Shown here one piece after another: positions 16,031 to 29,247 of a stretch of DNA of 64,000 bases (position 1 is its first letter; each line of letters begins with the position of its first letter). Under the pieces are notes generated by a model. The model saw only the letters and a program-made list of their open reading frames with translations, was not told the DNA's origin and did no database searches. The position numbers were made by a program, and so were the translations under genes. Source of the stretch: the human T2T-CHM13v2.0 reference genome, Homo sapiens; assembly GCF_009914755.1 (NCBI RefSeq), contig NC_060926.1, one strand, 5' to 3'.

Positions 16031-17785
16031 GAAGTCACCTTGGAAGTGGATCCTCCAGCTCCAGCGATTCCAACTTCCCACGCTTTGAGTCATCGAAGCT
16101 GAGGACCAGCACATTGTGGAGCAGAGAATGACTCCACTGAGCCCATTCTGAATTTCTAACCCTCAGAATTTGAAGGTCATGATAAAAATGGTTGGCATTC
16201 TACACCACTATGTTTTGGGGTGATTTTGCAGCAATAAATAAGAAGACAGGATATAAGAGAGGTATATTGCGCTACGAAATGGGTGGGTTCTCAAGAGAAA
16301 GGTCTCTCTCCAACCGTCAGGTTAAAAGCAAGTTTCTTAGAGCTGGTATGCTCAGATTTGCATTCCAGATCTGCTTCTCAGTGATTCTCCGCACTTGGGT
16401 GGGTTGCTTAACCTCTCTAGCTGCTTCTGCAAAACGGGATTCTTGTGGTGATGATTAAATGGGAGAATGCTCCCTTCAGGGAGTGGATCACAATGAAAAA
16501 CAGTACCTGTATGTGCCATCGGCTTTGCAGTTCTCAATGCATGGCCATGAACACAGAGTGTTTATAAAAATGTGTTTTGATGAAATAATGGCTAAGTGGT
16601 CTGGATTTTGGAGATTAGAAATGATGTAAATTTAGGGGGCTAGAAAAGTATTTTAGCCAGTAGCTCTGCTCAGGAAGTAGCCATGTAGTATATCAATTTG
16701 CCTCCATGGTCTGGGAGTTGTGACATGTCATCTATTTAGATGACATTGACAATATTGTAATCAAAAAGGAAGAAATGCCAAATCTAGAATGTACTATGCT
16801 TCAGATGATGCCTTTGAGGTCTGGAGTCCTGGCTGTGGTCCTGTACCTTGTTTGACTTCACAATGGGCCACCTGGTCTAGAAACTGACTTCTGTGATCTT
16901 GCATTGTCTTCTTGTGACCTTATGATCTAGTTCTCTCCCGAACTAAGACCTCTATTAGAAATGACCCTCCATCACATCACTAACACTAGCATGTCATACC
17001 TCCCAGGCTGGAAGTTCTTCTTGGGGTCTAACTTTAGTGATCTCTCTCTCTCAATCTCTCCACTCCCACGTTTTCTTCCCTCACTCCCTCTTACACACAC
17101 ACATACATATCTCACATTTCTCATTCCAGTTCAGTCCTCACAGAAGCTGGAATAGAGATAATCAACTTCTTAGAATTAAAGCATCCTCTTTTTGTTCAGT
17201 ACTGGCTCTTTAGTTACTGTTTCTCTTGTCACAGTCCAGGCGAGAAAATGTCAAGAATGTCGGATAGAGAGAGAGAGACAGAGTAAGAGGTGTTTTCCAG
17301 AACTGAGCACCACAAGTGTGGCTGCTGGGGTGTCCTGCAGAGAACACAGAAGCAGCATCCACAGCCCTGCCATCCTGAAGTCTCCTTCCTCTCTTCCAAA
17401 GACTGACGCCAGCAGGCTCCGTCAGAAACGAGAGCCAATGGTGGAGAAAGGGAAGGAACTTTATCTTTGGAATTCTGTCTTCTCAGTGGTCCAGAAAATT
17501 CAAACAGGGCCAGGCACTCCATGTATCTTCCCAGATGGGCATCAGGTACCTGACACAACCTGGCACCCCACATTCTTTCTCCGATTTCCCTGTCATCAGG
17601 GGCTTGACAACTCTAGCAGCCAGGGAGAGGCTCTGGGTGGGGCAGTGGCAGGGAGGTTGGAGGAATGTGTTCCAGCCCTGGAGCAGGGAGGAGAGCAGGT
17701 GTCTCTTCTAGCAGCAGCTGGAGGGTTGGAGGTGATGGAAAGGTGATATTGCAATCAAGAATGCAGGCTGGGATTGAGAAGGTCA

Positions 17786-18031
17786 GACCTGCCATTTTGC
17801 CATTTCTGATCTCTCAAGATAGACACAATTTCAGGGTTAGAATGAAAGAGGAGTAGAGTGAGACAGAAAGAAAGAACAGAGATAAACAGTCTGGCTTCAT
17901 TCTTTTCCTGGCTTTGGACATGCTCTTCCCTTATTTTTCTACCTAAGAAGAGGTCTTGCAGTGTGGACAGAATCCTCTGGATTCCGCTGCCATTGGGTTT
18001 TGCTTCATTTCTCTTAAGTTAACTTTTTGGA
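17786..18031 (+). repeat. Local duplication A, copy 1
   Basis: About 90% identical to 19395-19956 once the Alu is removed. The right end runs on into a MIR that continues to ~18160. Confidence 0.95.
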
Positions 18032-18525
18032 GCTTCATTTTCTCCATCTGTAAAATGAATTGCACAACCTCAGAGCTGTAGTAAGGATTAAATAAGATAA
18101 CACAGATGAAATACCCTAGCAAAATACTTGACCAACTCAACATTCTCTAAGTGTTAGTTCCCTCCCCTCCCCTTCTCACTGTGCACCTTCAAGAGAGAAA
18201 ACAACCTCTCTGTCAAAAATTGGCCAGAGAACAAGGTGCGGGCAGAGGTTCTGAGACATTAAATGGCAAGTTGCCGCAACTCTGATTCAAAGCATGTAAT
18301 CATTGTGAAGTCAACCTTCATAGCTGATATTTTGCACCTGTTCTTAAAGAGCTCTATGCCTTTCAATTGGATGAGCTTAGTCATCTTCATGAACTGAAGA
18401 TGCTCTGGGTGAAGTCAAGAGCAAAAGTACCTTTTATGCCCAACTCAGGTTGGAGAGTTGCAACCTAGGAAGTGAAATGCTTTTCCCAATGCTCGTCAGG
18501 AAGGACAGAGACAGAAGGGAGACTG

Positions 18526-18585
18526 GCATATTATGGATTATTCTTCAATAACTTCTCTATTATTGAAGAATAATCCATAATATGC
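18526..18585. repeat. Perfect inverted repeat, 26-bp arms, 8-nt loop
   Basis: gcatattatggattattcttcaataa-cttctcta-ttattgaagaataatccataatatgc. Confidence 0.97.
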
Positions 18586-18621
18586 TGGTTGCATAATATG
18601 CCAGTTGCATATAAGTCTCAG

Positions 18622-18737
18622 GTTGCAGAGATCTTAGCAATCCAGAGATATTCTTTTATGATTGGTTAATACTCAGGGCTTCCACAAAAGAACCTTGCAA
18701 AAAATTGTGGAGGCTTTACAAGACTAGATAGAGACAG
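18622..18737 (+). repeat. Local duplication B, copy 1
   Basis: 116 bp with 10 mismatches by hand count against 20793-20908. Confidence 0.95.
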
Positions 18738-19394
18738 AATTCTCACAGTGTTCTGTCTCCTGAGAAGGAACTGGGTGGTGTCCACTGGTTCTCACTCCCT
18801 TAGACAATCCTGCATGTGTGGATTCAGGATTCCACAGGCCCCGCTGAGACACCTAGCTTCCAAAGCTCCATACAGCTGATGAGTCACGGAATCTTGAGGA
18901 GAATGTGCCCTAAGTCAGAAGCTCTCCAGGGATGCAATTTTCATCCACCCAAAAACCACTTCCCTCCAGCCTAAATATTAGGTAACAGCATGCATCTGGA
19001 ATGCCCAAGTGCCTATAAAAGATTATTACTAAGTAAGAGTAGATGATGATAATTAATTACCCTCCATTAAAGACAAAGTCCCTAGAGCAAATGCATCAAA
19101 GGCAATATTTTACTGAGTTGGCGATTTCTTTGGCTCTGCAACAAGGTGACTCGTTAGCCTGCATCTTGAGTCCATTTCTCTCTCTTGCATTCTGGCTTGT
19201 GGAATATTCCTTTTGACTTTGGACAATTTCATTTAATTTCCACCTTTCACCCCATCTCCCATCCAGTAATCATTATTACTAAAACTTCACACTAGGCCAC
19301 AGATCTATTTTATAGCACCCCTTTGATGGATTAATTTATGGTAACTCTCCTTCATTACTAAAGCCCAAATCAAAGAAAATGCTCTTAGAATGGT

Positions 19395-19927
<533 letters not shown>

Positions 19928-19956
<29 letters not shown>

Positions 19957-19986
19957 ACTGCCAAAAAGTTAACAAGAGAAGTTAAG
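19928..19986. repeat. Inverted repeat, 26 paired bases with a 2-nt bulge and 5-nt loop
   Basis: cttaacttctctt(aa)gttaactttttgg-aactg-ccaaaaagttaacaagagaagttaag. Confidence 0.95.
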
Positions 19987-20792
19987 TTAAACAAAATCTA
20001 CCTGCCAGCCAACACAAGAAAGACTACAGAAAATAGACATCCAAAGAGATCATAGGATTGATCTCCTCCTCAACAAATCCACTTAATGGGTAAAAGTGGT
20101 CAGAACAAAGTGTGCTATGATTCCAGAAGAAGTCAACGGACTGGGCCAGATTTCCTCCAATCTACGACAGAATCTATGAGTAGCACGTTACTCTGTGATT
20201 CTTAGGAAACATCTTCTCTTGTCCTATAGTTCTTAATCAGCAGACCTGTGACCACTGGGAGAGGTCTGTGATTACTGAGCAAAGTTGACCACAGAAAGAA
20301 TATCCATATTCTCAGAACCTCATCATGACTAATCTGGGAAGCAATCTTGGAATATCCATGTTTCCTGAAAAGAGTACAGAAGCCGCGGAATCAGGACCTG
20401 AGAAGGCTGTGTAGTTCCTGGCTTTGTGACCAGGAGACTCTCTGGAAGTCAGTCTCCTTATCTGTAAGAAAAGACAAGGAAATAATTCTTATCTAATGAG
20501 TTCTTGGGAAATTGGGAGGAGATAATTGATATGTGTCAGCATGTTGCTCAGCTCCTGGGTATGGTGCCTTCCATCACGTCAGATAATCACCATCTTGCAA
20601 GAACAAGGGCAGGGCCATGAAGCAGGCCAAATGCCAGAAGACTGTCTGGACCTTTGCAGGTACCAAACACATCCTTGTTGAATGAATCAATGCAATCATA
20701 TCTATGGTTTGTGGCTAGGGCAGCCAGAAGATTGGTAGATTGGCATCAGTAAGAGCTATCTGGACATATAGGAAGTGCTTTCCAATTGTTGA

Positions 20793-20908
20793 GTCGCAGA
20801 GATCTTAACAATCCAGAGATATTCTTTTGGGATTGGATAATACTCACAGCTTCCACAAAAGAACCTTGCAAAAAGTTGTGGAGGCTTTACAAGACTAGAT
20901 GGAGCCAG
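20793..20908 (+). repeat. Local duplication B, copy 2
   Basis: gtcgcagagatcttaacaatccagagatattctttt...ggaggctttacaagactagat matches 18622-18737. Confidence 0.95.
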
Positions 20909-20964
20909 GCCTCCATCAGCCAATTCTGGAGAAACACTTGCATGCTGGAAAACTGTCCCTGGGA

Positions 20965-20965
<1 letters not shown>

Positions 20966-20996
<31 letters not shown>

Positions 20997-21015
20997 AACA
21001 ACAACAACAACAAAA
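20966..21015 (+). repeat. A30 followed by (CAA)n
   Basis: Read directly from the sequence. Confidence 0.95.
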
Positions 21016-21119
21016 CAGCATGACACTGATACCAACATTTTAATCACGATAATTATTGTTAGTGCTTGGCACAGGCAAACTCCTAATCTCTGTAACCTGG
21101 TAAGGGTTCTTTTCTAACC

Positions 21120-21347
21120 AAGGACTCAAGGATCAAGTTGTCTCTTCATCTCAGCATATGCCTTTCATGGTTGCCCCAGCAAGGTAAAGAAAGATCGAGG
21201 TAGCACAATGCCTCTTTACTGCTTTGGCCCCAGTATGGCACAGATCATTGCTGATCACAGCTATCGGCCAGAACTAATCAAATGGGCCTAATCCAACTGC
21301 AAAGGGAGCACCTGAATAATAAGTGAGCGCTAAATGTCTCTACCACT
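21120..21347 (-). mobile_element. Old MaLR LTR fragment (MLT1K/L-like)
   Basis: 'ggccagaactaatcaaatggg..caactgcaaaggga', ending 'tgtctctaccac'. Confidence 0.5.
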
Positions 21348-21832
21348 GCTGAGGACTCAACAGAGGGGCAGTCTGATGTCTCACCATGCTGATAGCCAGG
21401 AAGCTCTGGATTTCCTCCCTCTATGTTTTAATGACTTAACCAGGGGTGGTAAGGGAGGCCTTTAGAAAAGATTCTCAAACACAGGGGCCCAGGGATCCCT
21501 GGGAATCATTTCTTACTTTGCCATCATCTTTTCTCCCTTTTTTTTTTTCTAATAGATAGCTCTCAGAGGGGATTACCAAAGCAATTTTATGGTCTTTATA
21601 GCTGGTTCTCTCCCCAGTAATTCAGCTGAGAGTCAAAGATCACAGAAAACCTGGCACCTCCCTCATCTCACTATCTCTCTGGAGAATGTGGGCCCTCCTC
21701 CCTCTCTGGAATACATGGAGGCCGCCAATTACAACATAGATTCTCCTGCCAGCTTCAGTGCTGTCTGCCAGGAGTAGGGCTACTCCCAAGAGGTTGACAA
21801 CCTAAAAGGCCTTCATCACTATTCAGAGAGCC

Positions 21833-22021
21833 ATAGCCCTGGTCCCCACAAGACTTTAAAAATGGCTCCCTTTGGGTAATTTCTAGTGCTGCTTTGCTGA
21901 AGCTCCTTGCATACCAAAGTTTATAGCAAGAACCAAAGCACCTGCCATGCCCCACTCCCACCCACCCCCTTCATACCCTTCTCCCTTGCTCTACCATCCT
22001 TCACCTGGGCTTCTGACTCAG
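21833..22021 (+). repeat. Local duplication C, copy 1
   Basis: atagccctggtcc...tcacctgggcttctgactcag, roughly 85% identical to 22990-23176. Confidence 0.92.
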
Positions 22022-22989
22022 CCTGCAGATAGCCTACAGGTCAAAGTCCACTTCCACCTGACCAGCCTGTGACTCTCTGAAAAACAGACCAAAGCTAGCC
22101 TGAGGCTTTTAGGGGAAGGAAACATAGGCAGTTTGAAGTCCTAGGGGCTGAAAACTTAGGCCTACGTTTCTGGCTATACTTTGCCAAGTTTTTTCCATGA
22201 GCATGAGACTGTGGCAATTCTGAATTGTCCAATCCCTGGCTGTGGTTCAAGCCACACTTCTAGTCACCTTCGCAATACACCCCTTACCATCTCCAGCTCC
22301 CCGACTGCCCTCCATCTCCTGGACCTCTCAGAGCCCCAGAATTTTCCTGCAGCCAACATATTGAGAGTCTTGTAAAAGCTGAATACAAGAAGAAGAAAAA
22401 GAGAGGCCAAGCTTATTAAACTCCTCTTCAGCTGGCTGCATGGATTCTTTTAAGTCCACTGTTGGATTTCTTTGAGGTCTCAGTACGTGCTGACTTGCAT
22501 GGCTGGTTTGGGGGATAGGGAAAGGAGGTAAGAAAAGCTTTGCACTGGATAAATAAAAATCCCTTTGTTAATTAAGGAGACATTAACAAGACCATGGCCT
22601 ATATCAGGCAGCCTACACAGAAGGTTTGATTCTTCAGGAATTAAAAACAAGGAAATAGAGAAACTCCCCCACCACACTGCATAACTTTGTTCTAGGGCTG
22701 CTAAGTTATTCCCTGCTACTACATCAGCTGTGAGAGCCCTGTGAAATATGCTGTGGTTAAAATAAACTCAAGCACCTAAGCATATTTTTTTAGATGTGTT
22801 AGGTTATCTAAAACAGTTCATCTCCTCTATCTTCTCTTTGAAAAAAAGCCTAAATTATTAATTTTCTATCCAGTCGTTTTATGTTTTCCTGCCCTGTCTG
22901 TCCTCTTCATAGCAGCCCAATCTGAATGAGAGACATGAACAAAGTGATTTAAGAATTGTTGACTGGAAAAGGAGTAAGGTGATACACCA

Positions 22990-23176
22990 ATAGCCCTGGT
23001 CCACACAAAACCTTACAAATGGCTTCCTTTGGGTGATTTCTAGTGCTGCTTTGCAAAAGCTCTTTGCATGCCAAAGCTTATAGCAAGGACCAAAGTGCCT
23101 GCCATGCCTCCTGCTCCCCACCCCCTTCATAGCCTTCTCCCTTGCTGTACTAGCCTCACCTGGGCTTCTGAATCAG
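22990..23176 (+). repeat. Local duplication C, copy 2
   Basis: atagccctggtcc...tcacctgggcttctgaatcag. The paired minus-strand ORFs 21755-21961 and 22879-23130 share peptide (CYKLW..ALEITQR). Confidence 0.92.
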
Positions 23177-23526
23177 ACAGGTTAGGATCAGAGTTCCAGG
23201 TCTTCCTCTCTCATGGACAGGTTGCATAGCCTGTTTGAGATTGGATTTCTTCATTTATTCAGTGTGAGCAGACTATGAAATGTTGGAGATTATATGTGAT
23301 TGTTTATAATGTTCCTAATACACTCTAGGTGTTCAATCAATTACACATTGAAGAATGGCATTATGAAATCACATTGTTATTATTAACACCACCTTCCACT
23401 CTTTCTTTACTTCCCTTGAACAGATCCAGTCTACCCCAAAAGGACCTTAGCCATTTCCACATAACCTAATCAGTAAACTGGGCTCATTAAACTTTTCTAA
23501 AAGATGTGAATAGGGCAGACAGAAAT

Positions 23527-23892
23527 TGATATGGTTTGGCTGTGTCCCCACCCAAGTCTCTTCTTGAACTGTAGCTCCCACAGTTCTCAAATGTCATGGG
23601 AGGGACCTGGTGGAAGGTAATTGAACCATGGGGGCAGGTCTTTCCTGTGCTGTTCTCATGACAGTGAATAAGTCTCAGGAGGTCTGATGGTTTCATAAGG
23701 GGGAGTTTCCCTGCACAAGCTCTCATTCTGTCTTTGCCTGCTGCCATGTAAGACATGCCTTTTGCCCTCTGCCATGATTGTGAGGCCTCCCCAGCCTCAC
23801 ATGGAACTGTGAGTTCAATAAACCTCTTTTTCTTTATAAATTACCCAGTCTTGGGTATGTCTTTATCAGCAGCATGAAAATGGACTAATACA
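23527..23892 (+). mobile_element. THE1 solo LTR (THE1B/C)
   Basis: tgatatggtttggctgtgtccccaccc...ggactaataca. TSD gaaat/ggaat. Confidence 0.92.
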
Positions 23893-24980
23893 GGAATACA
23901 ACAGCCTCAGGTCACTACAAGCTCAAATTAATGCCCTGCCTTCTGAAAAATTTACACATCTCCCTCCTCTTTCCACTTATTGAACACTTTTATATGGCTG
24001 ACCCTTTGCTAAGCTTTTTGCGTGCATGGTTTCAACTGGACATCACAACTCTGCTGTTTACAGGAACCCTGGGATCCTGGCTGCTGAGTTGCTTAGAGTC
24101 TCTCCAAATTTAACCACCAGCCTGCTATAAAAACCTCTTGTAGCATCCCCAAACCCCAAACAGATCATAGAAACTCTTAACTTTGGGCAGACATCATGCT
24201 TTTTATGTCACAGAAGCCAGTCTCATGAGTTTCTGGGTAACAGTCACTGGTATGTAATCCTCCCAAAATCCTCTCCCATAGGACATTACTTGATTGCTCC
24301 CTCTGGGTATGAGGTGTCCTAGAACGAGCCCGGCAAGGACACCAAAATTGTTTTCACAAAACCCTTGTATTACTGCTTCCTCTTCCTATATCTGGTAGTT
24401 CCCCAGTGGCTATTCTAAAGTTAACCTTGTAGTCCTCCTTTCCCATATTGCACCTGTAGGGAAATGAGACACAGATACACAAGCAGCTGGGAATTCTTGT
24501 GAGGCTGAAAAGATGAGAGTTGAAGGTTCATGGATTTTGAGCAATCACTAGCGAGTAAATCACATCCGATCTTTCTAGTGCAAGGAGCAATATGCTCATT
24601 ATCTCATAACTACAGAAGAGTATGCCAAGGCCAAGATGCCAGACTGTCTGGTCTCCTGCTTTGGGCATTTGGATGTCTAAAGCAATCAGGACATATGTCC
24701 CTGTGTCCTCTCATTGAGTATCTTGAAGGGGGAGACACTCTGACATTACTTCCCCTGACACTGGCCCAGGAAACTTGATCACTGAGTAAGCCCAATATAA
24801 GCTGGAGGACTCAAGTTGTAGACTTTTGTTTCTGTTCTGACTGGTCCACCTCCAAACTGCTTTCAAGATTCAGGTCTACTGGCTCCTAAGAACTTCAGTC
24901 TTAGTATTATCAAGTAAGGCAGAGAGAAAAGGGAAGGTTTAGGAGTCAGACAAATTTTGGTTTGAATCCTAATTCAGCTA

Positions 24981-25305
24981 CAGCCATGCATTGTTTAATG
25001 ATGGATAAACGTTCTGAGAAGTGTGTTGTCGGGTGATTTTGTTATAGTGTGAACATCATAGAGTGTACTCACACAAACCTAGACGGTATAGCTTAGGACA
25101 CACCTAGGCTATATGGTATAGTCTATTGCTCTGAGGCTACAAACCTGTACAGCATGGTACTATAGCAAACACTGTAGACAGCTATAACACAATGGTAACA
25201 ATTTGTATATCTAAGCAGTAAAAATACAGTATTATAATCTTATAAGACCACCATCTTATATGCAGTCTGTCATTGACCAAAACAGCATTATGTGGCACAT
25301 GACCA
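24981..25305 (+). mobile_element. Tigger3a/Golem-like TcMar-Tigger MITE, inserted in a MIR
   Basis: TA flanks, terminal inverted repeats cagccatgca.../...ggcacatgacca, internal 'catcatagagtgtactcacacaaacctaga'. Confidence 0.85.
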
Positions 25306-28300
25306 TACTTATTAGTGATGATTTGCCACTAATCTTTATCTATACAGTTCCTACAACTAGAAACTGGAAACAATGTCACAGTGTATCTAAATACTACCTA
25401 ACAGCAGAAAGCAGTAACAGCTGTATTTATTTAGGGTCACTGCTCACTATCATTCAATTTTCACCTTTACCTTTTTAATGGTCAAAAATATTCTCTTGAG
25501 TTTATAGCTCCCCATTTTCCTATGAAGAAGTCAAAATTCAAAGAGATTATTGAACTTTCCCAATTCACACTAAGTGGCACATCTTGGATTGAAACACAAA
25601 TCAACCTGACTTCAGTGTCCGTGCTCTCTCCCCAAATCCTTGCCCTCTCAGAGACTCCTGTTCTCATGTGTGGCTTCCAACAGTTTGGACTTTAGTCTGC
25701 AAGGCCCTCCACAGCCCAGCCTCTGGCTCTCTCCCATCCTATCTCCTACCAATCCCATCTCTGACAGTATTCCTGGTCCATTGTCCTCCTGGCTTTTCCT
25801 TGAATACACCAAGAACTCAGGGCCTTTTCCCTTGTTCCCTCTGGCACTCTCCAGTTGTAAGAGGATATTATTCCATTCCTAGCTTCTTCAGAGACTGGGC
25901 TGCCTATCATTCTTTGTGGTGGGGGGTTTGTTTGTTGTACTTTTTCTATTTTCTTTGAATGAATTTACATGAGTGTTTCTATCTTGGTCTAAAAGTTCTT
26001 AAGCAGCAGGGATTGTGACTAAGAAGATTTGTTTGTGGGAACTTGATATTCACTTTAAGGAGATAATAATAATGATGACTTACTTGTCATTACTGTAGCC
26101 TTGGTGCCTAGGACAGTGCCTGGGACATAGTATGCACTCAATAAATCATTGTGAGATGATTGAATTTGGAAGTTACAAGAACACAAATACAAATTATGAA
26201 GCCTCCATCTTCATTTGCTCTCCTCACTGTAATTTCTTCATATCTACATCTATTTCCCTTTAGAGTTAATTATTTGAGAGTAAACATAAATAGTGCCAAT
26301 ACCTTGCCATCGACTAACAGTCCTAACTGTATTGATTGGAATAAAACACTACCTAGTTAAAAAAAAAAAAAAAAGCATGGCTGTCCCAACAGCCTGCACC
26401 CTTCCAGATAAGTTCTGCCTTTGAATTTTATGGTCCTGATGATGCTTTGGTTCCAAGAGAGGTCATCTCCTATCTAGTGGCTTGACGCCAGCTTATGGAT
26501 ATTTTATTAAAAGCTGCATCCGGAGGGCTCTCCAAAATGTCTGGCAAAAAATTTCTTTCACTAAAGGTAAGGAAATGAATAGCAGTATTCAAATCTCAGA
26601 GGAGTAATTACATGCAGAGAGGAGGCCAGCTGTTCTCTGTCTTTTCTGAAGATGTAACGTTAGGAAAAACGCTGAAATCACAGCAGGCAAGATGGAAGTT
26701 GGACAGGTAAGCATGCCTAGGATAAAGGAGTGGGAGGTAACAGAAGAAAAAAAGTAGAAGTATTTCTTTCGTCTGGAAAATCTGAAGTTGCACAAGGCTA
26801 TGCATCAGTCTGGGTTGATTCAGCCATAGACCACTTTAAGAATAGAACATATACTAAAGGACAAATCCTTTGCACATGAAAGGATGTCCATCAAAACATA
26901 AGCATCATTTTGCACATGAAGACAAATTTTATCTTTTTTTGCAATACAGTATACATTTTGCTTCAGGAAGAGAAGTCTAAGAGATGCAGGGATTGAAACT
27001 CAATGTTTGTGGTAATCTTGGATTCAAAACTTGATTTTTCTTATACAAGTGATACCCATAAGCAACAACAAAAGAAATCCTTGAATGAAAAAACTCAGAC
27101 TTGTGCCGAAATTTGATTTTCCAAATATTAAAGATCTTTTACAGCTGTCCTTGTAAATGGGTCAATAGTTTCACAACCTAACTGTGTATTGCTCCCTAAA
27201 GAATGGGAGTTTTAGAGGAATATTCTTTTAGTCAATTTTGTAGCAATGTCAGACAGACCCATAATGATGTGAGGAAATAAACCTTGGCCTCAGAGTCGAG
27301 AGACCCATGGTGACTCTAGCATTGGCAAGTAACTTCACTTTTCTGTACTTATTTTTTTTAATTAGGCAAGTTCCTTATCCTTTCTCAGTCTCTGTTTCTT
27401 TTCCTGTAATTGTAAAATCTGGAGGTTACTGTCTTCCTCTAGATGTGTTAGATGATTAAATACAGTAACAGTCCAAGTCCTGGTATATTGTAAATTTTCA
27501 ACGTCAATATTTTTTCCTAAGGAAGCAGTCAAAAAAAGAAATTATTTTCCCTCCTCTCTAATTCCAAACAAATGCCCAAAACCTTAATATTTCTTCCCTC
27601 AGTGACGTATACAACAGATAAAAGAAGTTGGCTCTCAGTTTCAGCTTAACTTCAAACAAAGCCTAAACTATTCAAACAGACGGTTCTGGCATCCACCATG
27701 AGGAATGGCCCATGTCCTGCTTTTTGGAAGCAGTGTTTGGGGTACTATGAAACAACTCAGAGGGGATAGCTGGGTGTGCACACCAGGGGGATTTACAGCA
27801 CATGCAATGGGTGCCGATTCTCCTCTAAAGTTCCCATGTTCTTAGTGCAGCACAAATAAGCAGAGTCACCGAACTTGAAGAAATGACATGAAAGAATGAC
27901 TGGCAGCCCTACCAGAGTGGGTCATTTTTCATGATCGGAAGGGTCGCCCCAAAGTTCTGGTGTTCATAAGAACTTGGAACCCTGAAATCTGGGGAGCACC
28001 CAGATGTTAGCCTGAATTTCCCAACAACTTGAAGGGATGAAGAATCAGAGTTGTATTTCTAGTTATTTAAGGAAAATAGATGCAATATTTCTTGTACACT
28101 GAGGTTTGTGGGCTAAGAGCCGTATCTATAATCAATAGCATATCTAGGAGCACAGGGTCAGCCCTATACACAAAAGGCCTGAGAATTTCCTGAGATGATT
28201 TGAATAGGAAAAGTTATTTCTGGAAGTCTGCAAAGGCTCTAGGGAGACAGAATTCTGAGAGGCATCTGATCAGAGAAGAGAGAAACAGTTCAGAACAGAA

Positions 28301-28693
28301 CACAGAGGGAATGGTGCATGAGGTAGGTCTTAGACAAAATAAACTAAGCAGGAGGCACCTAGATAGTCCCTAGATACTTCAACTCTTTGCCTGTAGACAT
28401 GAAGCAGTGGCTTGTGAGAAAGTCTCAGGCAGAGCCTGTCACTGTCACTCAGCCGAGCACTGGAAATGGGGTCTTTTGCTTTCCCCCACCACTCACGACT
28501 CTCACCTTGTGTTTTATGCTGCTGTGGCCTCACCATTTCTGTCAAGGATCAATGCAGCTGATGTAATTCTCATTAAGGTGTTAAATCATGTGATACTTTT
28601 AAACAAATTAAGAAATGGATGGATAAATCTCTCTGCAATAATATTTCATACACTAGAATATCAGTAAAAAATAAATGTGACCACTTTGGACTA

Positions 28694-28880
28694 GACCAGT
28701 TCTCAAAGTGGTTTGAAGATCCCCTCCATTAGAATAACTTGGGGCATTTTTAAAAATGCAGATCCTTGGTTCCCCCCTAAAACTACTGAATCAGAATCTC
28801 TAAACCTGAATCCCACGGATCAACGCTTCAAACAAACTTCCCAGGTAATCTTTATGCACGATAAAATTTGAAGACCCTTA
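28694..28880 (+). mobile_element. MER5A/MER5B-like
   Basis: 'ttctcaaagtg..aaaaatgcagat..actgaatcagaatctct..aaacttcccaggtaat'. Confidence 0.7.
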
Positions 28881-29247
28881 CCTGCCTGGATGGTGAACAC
28901 GGACTCTTTTCCAACCTTTAGCATCTTGACTATATCTCTATTTAGCATATATTTCACTGCATGATATTTGCTTACATATCTGCCTCATCCATGTAAACTT
29001 TGTTATAATAAAGAGACTGAGAAAGGAAACAGATGGGAAAACTAGAAGGCCTTGAGAAGAAGACATAATAGTATCAATAATGCTGATTAATTATCAATAA
29101 TCTGATGATTGTGAGAATTTAATTACATTTAAATACTGATGATTGTGAGAGTTTATTATATCCTACAAAGCACTCAACACAAGTGTTAGCATTCTTCCCC
29201 CTTTATTCCTTTACACTTTCTATGAGTAAACTAGAATGTGAGTTCTT

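Noticed and set aside
17192-17746. Longest ORF in the track (184 aa)
   Set aside because: Starts at TTG rather than ATG, has no recognisable domain and no evident exon context; compatible with chance.
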